From positions 30,593-94,592 of the forward strand of contig CAWHHV010000005.1 in assembly GCA_963829385.1 (NCBI GenBank): 64,000 nucleotides of DNA, given 5' to 3'. The notes beneath the pieces were generated by a model, which was not told the origin of the DNA, made no database searches, and saw only the letters and a list, made by a program, of their open reading frames with translations. Below are positions 40,701 to 49,412 of this stretch, one piece after another (within the stretch, counting starts at the first letter, position 1; each line of letters starts with the position of its first letter). The position numbers were made by a program, and so were the translations under genes. The DNA comes from an uncultured Alphaproteobacteria bacterium (lineage in GTDB: Bacteria > Pseudomonadota > Alphaproteobacteria > Rhodobacterales > Rhodobacteraceae).

Positions 40701-41258
40701 ATGGACATGCCGAACCAACGGACCGAGCCGCAGGACGCCTGGGTCTTCGCCTACGGATCGCTGATCTGGCGACCCGGCTTCGACTTTGCCGAACGCCGCC
40801 TTGCCCGGCTCGACGGCTACCGCCGCGCGTTCTGCATGGCCTCGATCCGCTACCGCGGCACGCCCGAGGCGCCTGGCCTCGTGCTCGCGCTCGACGCGGC
40901 CCCTGGCGCCCATTGCACCGGCGTCGCCTACCGCGTCGAGGCCGCGCAGGCCGACGCGGTCATCGCCTACCTGCGCGAGCGCGAGCTGATCTCCTACGCC
41001 TACGACGAGACGATCCTGCCCATCGTCCTGCGCGACGGGCCTCAGGTCGACGCTGTCTGCTACGTCGTCAACCGCGCGCATGCGCAGTATCGCGGCGGGC
41101 TCAGCCTCGATGCGCAGGCCGAGGTCATCGCTCGGTCGGCCGGCCCGATGGGTCCAAACGCCGAGTACCTGATGAACACCGTCGAGAGCCTCAGCGCGCT
41201 CGGCCTCGAGGACGCCGAGATGCTCGACCTCGCCGAACGCGTCCGCCGCCTCGCCTGA
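40701..41258 (+). CDS. chaC: ChaC-family gamma-glutamylcyclotransferase
   Basis: ..WVFAYGSLIWRPGF..GTPEAPGLVLALD..YLRERELISYAY... Confidence 0.8.
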   Translation: MDMPNQRTEPQDAWVFAYGSLIWRPGFDFAERRLARLDGYRRAFCMASIRYRGTPEAPGLVLALDAAPGAHCTGVAYRVEAAQADAVIAYLRERELISYAYDETILPIVLRDGPQVDAVCYVVNRAHAQYRGGLSLDAQAEVIARSAGPMGPNAEYLMNTVESLSALGLEDAEMLDLAERVRRLA

Positions 41259-41269
41259 CGGCGGACGCC

Positions 41270-41719
41270 TCAGCGCCGCCGCACCCAGACCACCCGCCCG
41301 TCCGACGCGATCACGACCAGCCGCTCGCCCTCGACGGGAGGCCGGTCGCCGCCGTCGAGCCGCGCTGGCCAGTCGACCCCGTCGATCGTGACGCGCCCCT
41401 CGTGGAAGCTGAACCCGACCGCCCGGGCCTCGCGCCCGACCAGCGCCGCGCCGACCTCCGCCTCGCCCGGCCGCGCCCGCAGCCGCCAGACCAGCGCCAG
41501 CAGAAGCGTCGCGATGCCGAACGCCGCCACCAGCGCCGCCGTCGTCGCCGCTGGCACCGCCCAGGCCAGCGCCGCGCATCCCAGCGCCGCCAGCGCCACG
41601 CTCAGCACGAGCGCCGAGCGCCACCGCGCGCCCGCCAGTCCCAGCCCCAGCGCCAGCGCCGTCCAGATCCATGGCGCCAGCTCGCCCGGATTCGGGCCTC
41701 CTGCGACGATCGTCTCCAT
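41270..41719 (-). CDS. NfeD-family membrane protein
   Basis: Three N-terminal TM helices and a C-terminal OB-like domain ..GRVTIDGVDWPARL..GERLVVIASDGRVVWV... Confidence 0.6.
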   Translation of the reverse strand: METIVAGGPNPGELAPWIWTALALGLGLAGARWRSALVLSVALAALGCAALAWAVPAATTAALVAAFGIATLLLALVWRLRARPGEAEVGAALVGREARAVGFSFHEGRVTIDGVDWPARLDGGDRPPVEGERLVVIASDGRVVWVRRR

Positions 41720-41833
41720 TCGGGGCCCTCCCGCCGCCGTTCAAGACGAATTGTGCAGCAACGAAAGGCCGTTGGAAAGCGCGCCTCGCCGAAGTAAGGT
41801 CGCCCGACCAGCAAAAGACCGTGCGCGCCGGCC

Positions 41834-43012
41834 ATGACCAGAGGAACGCCAATCCCCATGATGCAGGATCGAAGGACGGAGCCGCAGTTCTCGCAGCCGG
41901 TCCGCCAGGTCGTGATGATGCTGATCCTGCTCGGCCTGACCATCGCCGGAGGGATCCTGGTCTATCCGTCCGTCTCGGGCATCTTCCTCGCCTCGCCTTA
42001 CCTGAACGGATTCATCGCCGTCGTGTTCCTTGTCGGCGTCGCCGCGTGTTTCTGGCAGGTGATCACGCTGATCGCGTCGGTCAGCTGGATCGAGGGCTTC
42101 GCCGCCGACCGGCCGGGTCACGAGCTTACCAAAGCGCCGCGCCTGCTCGCGCCGCTGGCGTCCCTGCTGTCAGAACGCGCCGCGCGCCGGGCGCTGTCGT
42201 CGTCCTCGACCCGCTCGATACTGGATTCTGTCGCGACCCGCCTCGACGAACAGCGCGACCTGACACGCTACCTGATAAACCTGCTGATCTTCCTAGGCCT
42301 TCTCGGCACCTTCTACGGGCTGGCCACCGTCGTCCCGGCCGTCGTCGACACGATCCGCAGCCTCGCGCCCCAGGAAGGCCAGAGCGCGATCGATGTGTTC
42401 GACAACCTGATGAGCGGGCTCGAGGGCCAGCTTTCGGGGATGGGCACCGCGTTTGCCTCCTCGCTGCTCGGGCTGTCCGGCTCTCTCGTCGTGGGCCTGC
42501 TGGAACTGTTCTCCAGCCACGGTCAGAACCGGTTCTACCGCGAGCTGGAGGAATGGCTTTCCTCGATCACCAAGCTCGGCGTCGCCGGCATCGACCCCGA
42601 CGAGCCGCTGACCGCGAACAACCTCCTCGCTGTGATCGAGGCGAGCGCGATGCAGATCGACAGCCTGCGCGAGATCATCGAGGCCTCGACGCAGCGCGCC
42701 GCAGAGACCGACGCGCGCATCGCAGCGCTGACGCAGATGATCGCCGCCCCCGAACGGCACGCCGAGGAACGCGCGCTGATGGAACGCATGGTGGCGGCGC
42801 AGGAGCATGTCGCCACGCTGCTGACGTCGCGCGACGAGGAGACCGGCCGGCTCGACGCCGAGACCCGCGCCCGGCTGCGCTCGATCGACACCCAGGTGCT
42901 GCGCATCCTCGAGGACATGGCCGCCGGCCGCCAGGATCTCGTCTCCGAGATGCGCCAGGACATCGCCGCCCTTGCCGATGCGCTGCGCGGGCTGGCGGCG
43001 CGGAGGGGCTAG
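41834..43012 (+). CDS. MotA/TolQ/ExbB-family proton-channel protein with a ~150-aa helical C-terminal tail
   Basis: TM helices with the channel signature ..LINLLIFLGLLGTFYGLA.. and ..GMGTAFASSLLGLSGSLVVGLLELF... The tail is rich in A/E/R/L heptads. The alternative start ATG 41858 has a better-placed GAGGA. Confidence 0.75.
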   Translation: MTRGTPIPMMQDRRTEPQFSQPVRQVVMMLILLGLTIAGGILVYPSVSGIFLASPYLNGFIAVVFLVGVAACFWQVITLIASVSWIEGFAADRPGHELTKAPRLLAPLASLLSERAARRALSSSSTRSILDSVATRLDEQRDLTRYLINLLIFLGLLGTFYGLATVVPAVVDTIRSLAPQEGQSAIDVFDNLMSGLEGQLSGMGTAFASSLLGLSGSLVVGLLELFSSHGQNRFYRELEEWLSSITKLGVAGIDPDEPLTANNLLAVIEASAMQIDSLREIIEASTQRAAETDARIAALTQMIAAPERHAEERALMERMVAAQEHVATLLTSRDEETGRLDAETRARLRSIDTQVLRILEDMAAGRQDLVSEMRQDIAALADALRGLAARRG

Positions 43013-43015
43013 GCG

Positions 43016-44578
43016 ATGGCGCTGTCTTCGCGACGCGGCAACAACCGGTTCGCCGCCTCGATCTGGCCCGGCTTCGTCGACGCGATGACCGCGCTGATCC
43101 TGGTGCTGTTCTTCGTGCTGTCGATCTTCATGATCGTGCAGTTCGTGCTGCGCGACACGATCACCGGCCAGGGTCGCGAGCTTGACGCGCTGTCGGTCCA
43201 AGTCGCCAATCTCGCCGACGCACTCGGCCTCGCGCGTTCCGAAGCCGACACGCGCGAGACGCTGATCGCCACGCTGACCGACCAGCGGGCGCAGGCCGAG
43301 GCCGAGATCGCCGACTTCGAGGCGCAGGTCGCAAGCCTGATCGCGCGCAATCTCGCGCTCGACGAGGACCTCGCTGCGACCGAGGCCGCGCGCCAGGCCG
43401 CCGAGAGCGAGAGCGCCGAGCGGATGAGCGCGAACGAGGCGCTCGAGGCGGCGCTGGCGATCAGCCGCGAGCAGGTCGACGCGGAGCAGGAGGCGGCGCG
43501 GCTGGCGGCCGCCCGCGCCGAAGCGCTCGAGGCGCTGACCGCCTCGCTGCGCGCGGAGGCCGCCGAGACCGGGGCAGCGCTGACGGCGGCGGGCGAGGAG
43601 CTCGACGCCGCGGAGGCGGCGCGGCTGGCGGAGGCCGCCGCGGCGGAGGCGCTGCGGGAGCGGCTGCAGAACTCCCAGGCCGAGCTGACCGCGCTGACGC
43701 TGAGCCTTGAGGCCGAACGCCAGCGCGCAGAGGACACGCTGACGCTGCTCGCCGCCGCCGAGGCCGCGCGCGACGAGCTGGCCGAGGATCGCGGGGCCGC
43801 GCTGACCGACGCCGAGCGCCGCGCCGCCGAACTGGCGCAGGCCCGCGCCCTGCTCGCCGACGAGGAAGAGGTTTCCGCCGAGGCGCAGCGCGAGGTAGCG
43901 CTCCTGAACCAGCAGACCGCCGAGTTGCGCCGCCAGCTGAACGCGCTGCAGGGCCTGCTCAACTCCGCCTCCGAGCGCGACGCCGAGGCGCAGGTCCGGA
44001 TCGAGAACCTCGGTGCCAACCTGAACGCTGCGCTCGCCCGCGTCGCGGTCGAGGAGCGCGCGCGGGCCGATCTGGAGGCGCGCGAGCGCGAGCGCGTGGC
44101 CGCCGAGGCGCTCGATCTCGAGCGCTACCGCTCCGAGTTCTTCGGCCGGATGCGCGACATTCTCGGCGAGCGGGAGGGCGTGCAGGTCGTCGGCGACCGG
44201 TTCGTGTTCCCGTCGGAGGTGCTGTTCGCGCCGGGCTCGGCGTTCCTCGGTCCCGAGGGCCAGGCCCAGGTCGCGCGCGTCGCAGGCGTGATCCGCGAGA
44301 TCGCCGACGACATCCCGCCCGAGATCGACTGGGTGCTGCGCGTCGACGGGCATACCGACAGCACCCCGGTCAGCTCCGGCGGGCAGTTCCGCGACAACTG
44401 GGAGCTGAGCCAGGCCCGCGCGTTGTCGGTCGTGCGCTACATGACCGAGGAGGAGGGAATCCCGGCCGACCGGCTGGTCGCGGCGGGCTTCGGCGAGTAC
44501 CAGCCGATCGACGAGGGCTCGAGTCCCGAGGCGCTGGCCCGCAACCGCCGCATCGAGCTGAAGTTCACCGAGCGCTGA
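43016..44578 (+). CDS. MotB/OmpA-family peptidoglycan-binding protein with a ~330-aa coiled-coil linker
   Basis: GGAGGGG SD; the start is 4 nt after the upstream stop. TM ..WPGFVDAMTALILVLFFVL.. carries the MotB-type Asp (codon 43079-43081). Residues ~55-385 are A/E/R/L coiled coil. C-terminal ..NWELSQARALSVVRYM..RNRRIELKF is an OmpA-like domain. Confidence 0.75.
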   Translation: MALSSRRGNNRFAASIWPGFVDAMTALILVLFFVLSIFMIVQFVLRDTITGQGRELDALSVQVANLADALGLARSEADTRETLIATLTDQRAQAEAEIADFEAQVASLIARNLALDEDLAATEAARQAAESESAERMSANEALEAALAISREQVDAEQEAARLAAARAEALEALTASLRAEAAETGAALTAAGEELDAAEAARLAEAAAAEALRERLQNSQAELTALTLSLEAERQRAEDTLTLLAAAEAARDELAEDRGAALTDAERRAAELAQARALLADEEEVSAEAQREVALLNQQTAELRRQLNALQGLLNSASERDAEAQVRIENLGANLNAALARVAVEERARADLEARERERVAAEALDLERYRSEFFGRMRDILGEREGVQVVGDRFVFPSEVLFAPGSAFLGPEGQAQVARVAGVIREIADDIPPEIDWVLRVDGHTDSTPVSSGGQFRDNWELSQARALSVVRYMTEEEGIPADRLVAAGFGEYQPIDEGSSPEALARNRRIELKFTER

Positions 44579-44701
44579 GACGGTCGGGCGCGCGCGCCTG
44601 CCCGGTCGCACGATGCGACCTGAAACAAGTGCTTGATCCCGCAAGATAATCCTAAATCGACAGTCGTCGCGGCGTTCCCGGCCTCGCAGGCCGGTCCTGC
44701 G

Positions 44702-45880
44702 TCAGTCGCTCGCGGGTTCGGTCACCGGCACGACGCGCACGTTCGAGCCGTCCGCGGACAGCGCGATCTCGCCGCGCTTCAGGCGCAGCGCGTCGTCGCC
44801 GAACAGTTCGCGGCGCCAGCCGCGCATCGCCGGCACGTCCGGGTCGTCGCTGCCGGCGATCGCATCCAGATCGGCGCTCGAGGCGATCAGCCGCTGGGCG
44901 ACCCCCGAAGACTCGGCCTGCGCCTTCAGCAGCACCCGGAGCAGATCGGCGAGCGCCTCGCTGCCCGGCTTGCGCTGCCCGTTCTCGACGACCTGCGGCA
45001 GGTCCGAGGCCGGCAGCGCGTCCGCGGCGGCGATCGCGGCCAGGATCCCTTCCGCGACATCGCCCCTGCGCGCCTCGCGCAGCAGCAGGCGCGAGCGCGA
45101 CAGGTCTTCAAGCGTGCGCGGCCGGTTCGCGGCCAGCTCCAAGAGCGCATCGTCCTTCAGGATGCGCGCGCGCGGCACGTTCCGGCCCTGCGCGGCCTCC
45201 TCGCGGAAGCGCGCCAGCTCCTTCAGCGCGCCGAGGAACTTCGGCGCCGTCGAGCGGGTCTTCAGCCGCATCCACGCGTGTTCGGGATCGACGCGGTAGG
45301 TGCCCGGATCGAGCAGGACCGACAGCTCTTCCTCGACCCAGGGACCGCGCCCGGTCTCCTCCAGCCGCTTCGACAGCACCTCGTATATCTTGCGCAGGTG
45401 CGTGACGTCGGCCAGCGCATAGGTCATCTGCGCGTCGGTCAGCGGCCGCCGCGCCCAGTCGGTGAAGCGCGAGGACTTGTCGATAGAGGCCCGCGCGATC
45501 TGGCGCACCAGCGTCTCGTAGCCGACCTGGTCGCCGTAGCCACAGACCATCGCGGCGACCTGCGTGTCGAAGAACGGCTGCGGGATCACGCCCGCCGTCG
45601 TCTCGAAGATCTCCAGATCCTGCCGCGCCGCATGGAACACCTTGACCGGGCCGGGCGCGCGAAAGAGTTCGTAGAGCGGCTCCAGCGCCAGGCCCTCGGC
45701 AAGCGTATCGATCAGGACGGCCGTCTCCGGGCCCCTGCCGGGCCGGGCCAGCTGCACCAGGCAGAGCTGGGCATAATACGTGCGCTCGCGCAGGAATTCG
45801 GTGTCGACGGTGACATAAGGCGCGTCCGCGCAGTCGCGCACGAACCGGGCCAGCGTGTCGGTATCGGTGATCGGGGTCAT
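44702..45880 (-). CDS. rnd: ribonuclease D
   Basis: DEDDy motifs ..YVTVDTEF.., ..VFHAARQDLE.., ..YALADVTHL.., plus an HRDC region. Confidence 0.9.
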   Translation of the reverse strand: MTPITDTDTLARFVRDCADAPYVTVDTEFLRERTYYAQLCLVQLARPGRGPETAVLIDTLAEGLALEPLYELFRAPGPVKVFHAARQDLEIFETTAGVIPQPFFDTQVAAMVCGYGDQVGYETLVRQIARASIDKSSRFTDWARRPLTDAQMTYALADVTHLRKIYEVLSKRLEETGRGPWVEEELSVLLDPGTYRVDPEHAWMRLKTRSTAPKFLGALKELARFREEAAQGRNVPRARILKDDALLELAANRPRTLEDLSRSRLLLREARRGDVAEGILAAIAAADALPASDLPQVVENGQRKPGSEALADLLRVLLKAQAESSGVAQRLIASSADLDAIAGSDDPDVPAMRGWRRELFGDDALRLKRGEIALSADGSNVRVVPVTEPASD

Positions 45881-46074
45881 TGGCGCGCGATCCCCGTCAG
45901 AATCGAATGCGCCGCGAATTCATGGCTCTGCAAGGTAACTCCCGGTCATCGCCTTGCCAATTTGCATATCCGGGCTAGCGAGGCAAGGCGGGGCCGGGAC
46001 AAACAAACGCATGGTGCGCAGCAGCGATCTGTGGAACGTTCGGCCTGCTTCGTGAACGCAGGACGTGGGGACGT

Positions 46075-49000
46075 ATGTCGATCAAGGCCAGCATCTATCA
46101 TCTGACGCATTACCGCTACGATCGCCCGGTCACGCTGGGCCCGCAGGTCATCCGCCTGCGACCGGCGCCGCATTCCCGCACAAGGGTTATCTCCCACAGC
46201 CTGCGCGTCAGTCCGGCCGGCCATTTCGTGAACCACCAGCAGGATCCCTACGGCAACTGGCTGTCGCGCTTCGTGTTCCCCGAGCCGGTCACCGAGTTCA
46301 AGATCGAGGTCGATCTCGTCGCCGACATGACGGTCTACAACCCGTTCGACTTCTTCGTCGAGGACGACGCGGAGATGTGGCCGTTCGAGTATCCCGAGGA
46401 CATTCAGGCCGACCTCGTCATCTACCGCCAGCCCGAGCCGGTCGGCCCCCGGTTGCAGGCCTTCCTCGACACGATCCCGCGCGAGCGCACGCGCACCGTC
46501 GACTTCGCCGTCGGCCTGAACGCGCGGCTCGCCGCCGAGATCGGCTACGTGATCCGGCTCGAGCCCGGCGTGCAGACGCCCGAGCAGACCTTCGAGACCG
46601 GCAAGGGCTCGTGCCGCGACACGAGCTGGCTGCTGGTCCAGATCCTGCGCAACCTCGGCTTCGCCGCGCGCTTCGTCTCGGGCTACCTGATCCAGCTGAA
46701 GCCGGACCTCGTGTCGCTCGACGGCCCCGCCGGCACCGACCACGACTTCACCGACCTGCACGCCTGGGCGGAAGTCTACCTGCCCGGCGCCGGCTGGATC
46801 GGGCTCGACCCGACGAGCGGCCTCCTGACCGGCGAGAGCCACATCCCGCTCGCCGCGACGCCGCATTTCCGCAACGCGTCGCCGATCGCCGGCATGGCGA
46901 GCTATGCCGAGGTCGATTTCGGTTTCGACATGAAGGTCTCGCGCGTCGCCGAGCACCCGCGCATCACCAAGCCCTTCTCCGAGGAGGCCTGGGCCGATCT
47001 CGACGCGCTCGGGCGCAAGGTCGACGCGGCGCTGGCCGAGGGCGACGTGCGCCTGACGATGGGCGGCGAGCCGACCTTCGTCTCGATCGACGACTTCGAG
47101 GCGGCCGAGTGGAACACCGCCGCCGTCGGCCCGACCAAGCGCGCGCTCGCCGACAAGCTGATCCGCCGGCTGCGGGAGCGCTTCGCGCCCGGCGGTTTCC
47201 TGCATTACGGCCAGGGCAAGTGGTACCCCGGCGAGACGCTGCCGCGCTGGACCTTCTCGCTCTACTGGCGGCGCGACGAGAAGCCGATCTGGTCCGATCC
47301 CGACCTGATCGCGGAGGAGGGCGCGCAGACGAAGGGCGGCCCGGCCGAGGCGGAGCAGCTGCTCGCGAACATCGCCGCGACCCTCGGCGTCGAGCCCGAG
47401 ATGGTGACGCCGGCCTTCGAGGATCCCGCGACCTGGATCCTGAAGGAAGGCAACCTGCCCGAAAACGTGACGCCCGAGAACAGCAAGATCGACGACCCCG
47501 AGGAGCGGCACCGGATGGCCACCGTCTTCGGGCGCGGCCTCAGCAAGCCGACCGGCTACGTGCTGCCGATCCAGCGCTGGCAGTCGAAGGCGGCCGGCCG
47601 GACCTGGCGCTCGGAGAAGTGGAAGCTGCGCCGCGGGCATCTGTTCCTCGTGCCCGGCGACAGTCCGGTCGGCTACCGGATCCCGCTCAGCGCCCTGCCC
47701 TACGTGCCGCCGTCGCAGTATCCGTACACGCACCCGATGGACCCGACCGAGCCGCGCGGCGACCTGCCCGGGTTCGAGCCGGCGCCGGCGCCCGAGCCGC
47801 AGGCCCGCGACCAGGCGGTCGCGTCCTTCACCGCGTCCGAGGCCGGGCAGGACCGGATCGAGCAGGAGATCGGCGAGCTCGACGGCTCGGTGCGCACCGC
47901 GCTCAGCGTCGAGCCGCGCGACGGGCGGCTTTGCGTCTTCATGCCGCCGGTCGAGCGCGTCGAGGATTATCTGGAGCTCGTCGCCGCCGCCGAGGCCTCG
48001 GCGCGGAAGATGGGCCTGCCGGTCCATATCGAGGGCTACGCGCCGCCGCACGACCCGCGGCTGAACGTGATCCGCGTCGCGCCCGATCCGGGCGTGATCG
48101 AGGTCAACATCCACCCGGCGACCTCGTGGGACGACTGCGTCGCGATCACCTCGACCGTCTACGAGGAGGCGCGCCAGTGCCGCCTCGGCGCCGACAAGTT
48201 CATGATCGACGGCAAGCACGCCGGCACCGGCGGCGGCAACCATGTCGTCGTCGGCGGGGCGACGACGCTCGACAGCCCGTTCCTGCGCCGGCCGGACCTG
48301 TTGCGTTCGCTGATCCTGCACTGGCAGCGGCATCCGTCGATGTCCTACCTGTTCTCGGGCCTCTTCATCGGCCCGACCAGCCAGGCGCCGCGCATCGACG
48401 AGGGCCGGCATGACGGGCTCTACGAGCTCGAGATGGCGCTGCAGCAGATGCCGGCGCCCGCCGACGGCCCGCCGCCCGCGGCCTGGCTCGTCGACCGGCT
48501 GCTGCGCAACCTGCTGGTCGACGTTACCGGCAACACGCATCGCGCCGAGATCTGCATCGACAAGCTCTACTCGCCGGACGGGCCGACCGGCCGGCTCGGC
48601 CTCGTCGAGTTCCGCGGCTTCGAGATGCCGCCCGATCCGCGGATGTCGCTGGCCCAGCAACTGCTGATCCGCGCGCTGATCGCGAAGTACTGGGCCGACC
48701 CGCTGAAGGGCGAGCTGGTGCGCTGGGGCACGGTGCTGCACGACCGCTTCATGCTGCCGCATTTCGTCTGGGAGGACTTCACCGAGGTGCTGCGCGAGCT
48801 CAGCGGCCACGGCTTCCGGATGCGGCCCGACTGGTTCGAGGCGCAGTGCGAGTTCCGCTTCCCGTTCTGCGGCGAGGTCGAGTACGAGGGCGTGCATCTG
48901 GAGATCCGGCAGGCGCTGGAGCCCTGGCACGTGCTCGGCGAGACCGGCGCGATCGGCGGCACCGTGCGCTACACCGACAGCTCGGTCGAACGGCTGCAGG

Positions 49001-49407
49001 TCAAGCTCTCCGCCGCCGATCCGGACCGCTACGTCGTCGCCTGCAACGGCCGCCAGACGCCGCTGCAACCGACGCAGGCGAACGGCGTCTCGGTCGCCGG
49101 CGTGCGCTACAAGGCCTGGCAGCCGTCGCTCGCGCTGCACCCCGTCCTGCCGGTCAACGCGCCGCTGACCTTCGACATCTTCGACCGCTGGACCGGCCGG
49201 GCGCTCGGCGGCTGCATCTACCACGTCGCTCATCCGGGCGGGCGCAGCTACGACACGTTCCCGGTCAACGGCAACGAGGCGGAGGCGCGCCGGCTCGCGC
49301 GCTTCGAGCCGCAGGGCCACACGCCGGGCGCCTACGCGCCGCCGCTGGAGGTTCCGCACCGCGAGTTCCCGATGACGCTCGACCTGCGCCGGAAGCCGGG
49401 CCTCTGA
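46075..49407 (+). CDS. large transglutaminase-fold protein (N-terminal TGase core plus ~800-aa DUF2126-type region)
   Basis: The Cys-His-Asp triad is visible: ..[10 protein letters not shown] (Cys codon 46612-46614)..[23 protein letters not shown]... The 1110 aa are uninterrupted. Confidence 0.8.
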   Translation: MSIKASIYHLTHYRYDRPVTLGPQVIRLRPAPHSRTRVISHSLRVSPAGHFVNHQQDPYGNWLSRFVFPEPVTEFKIEVDLVADMTVYNPFDFFVEDDAEMWPFEYPEDIQADLVIYRQPEPVGPRLQAFLDTIPRERTRTVDFAVGLNARLAAEIGYVIRLEPGVQTPEQTFETGKGSCRDTSWLLVQILRNLGFAARFVSGYLIQLKPDLVSLDGPAGTDHDFTDLHAWAEVYLPGAGWIGLDPTSGLLTGESHIPLAATPHFRNASPIAGMASYAEVDFGFDMKVSRVAEHPRITKPFSEEAWADLDALGRKVDAALAEGDVRLTMGGEPTFVSIDDFEAAEWNTAAVGPTKRALADKLIRRLRERFAPGGFLHYGQGKWYPGETLPRWTFSLYWRRDEKPIWSDPDLIAEEGAQTKGGPAEAEQLLANIAATLGVEPEMVTPAFEDPATWILKEGNLPENVTPENSKIDDPEERHRMATVFGRGLSKPTGYVLPIQRWQSKAAGRTWRSEKWKLRRGHLFLVPGDSPVGYRIPLSALPYVPPSQYPYTHPMDPTEPRGDLPGFEPAPAPEPQARDQAVASFTASEAGQDRIEQEIGELDGSVRTALSVEPRDGRLCVFMPPVERVEDYLELVAAAEASARKMGLPVHIEGYAPPHDPRLNVIRVAPDPGVIEVNIHPATSWDDCVAITSTVYEEARQCRLGADKFMIDGKHAGTGGGNHVVVGGATTLDSPFLRRPDLLRSLILHWQRHPSMSYLFSGLFIGPTSQAPRIDEGRHDGLYELEMALQQMPAPADGPPPAAWLVDRLLRNLLVDVTGNTHRAEICIDKLYSPDGPTGRLGLVEFRGFEMPPDPRMSLAQQLLIRALIAKYWADPLKGELVRWGTVLHDRFMLPHFVWEDFTEVLRELSGHGFRMRPDWFEAQCEFRFPFCGEVEYEGVHLEIRQALEPWHVLGETGAIGGTVRYTDSSVERLQVKLSAADPDRYVVACNGRQTPLQPTQANGVSVAGVRYKAWQPSLALHPVLPVNAPLTFDIFDRWTGRALGGCIYHVAHPGGRSYDTFPVNGNEAEARRLARFEPQGHTPGAYAPPLEVPHREFPMTLDLRRKPGL

Positions 49408-49412
49408 CCCCG

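Noticed and set aside
41270-41719. NfeD gene expected to pair with an SPFH/stomatin gene, or to belong to the stator-like pair.
   Set aside because: No SPFH gene is adjacent. It is divergent from the MotA-like gene, with only the 114-bp shared intergenic region as a link. This is insufficient to claim a functional connection.
43489-43631. 20-nt direct repeat GGAGGCGGCGCGGCTGGCGG (43489-43508 and 43612-43631).
   Set aside because: It lies inside the Ala/Glu/Arg coiled-coil coding region (EAARLA repeated). This is codon-level low complexity rather than a repeat element.
41834-44578. Zorya-type anti-phage system (ZorA/ZorB).
   Set aside because: There are no zorC/zorD/zorE-like genes on either side. 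The MotA-like protein is much shorter than ZorA, and the long coiled coil is on the MotB-like partner instead. The context is housekeeping. Kept as a stator-like system of unknown function rather than a defence call.
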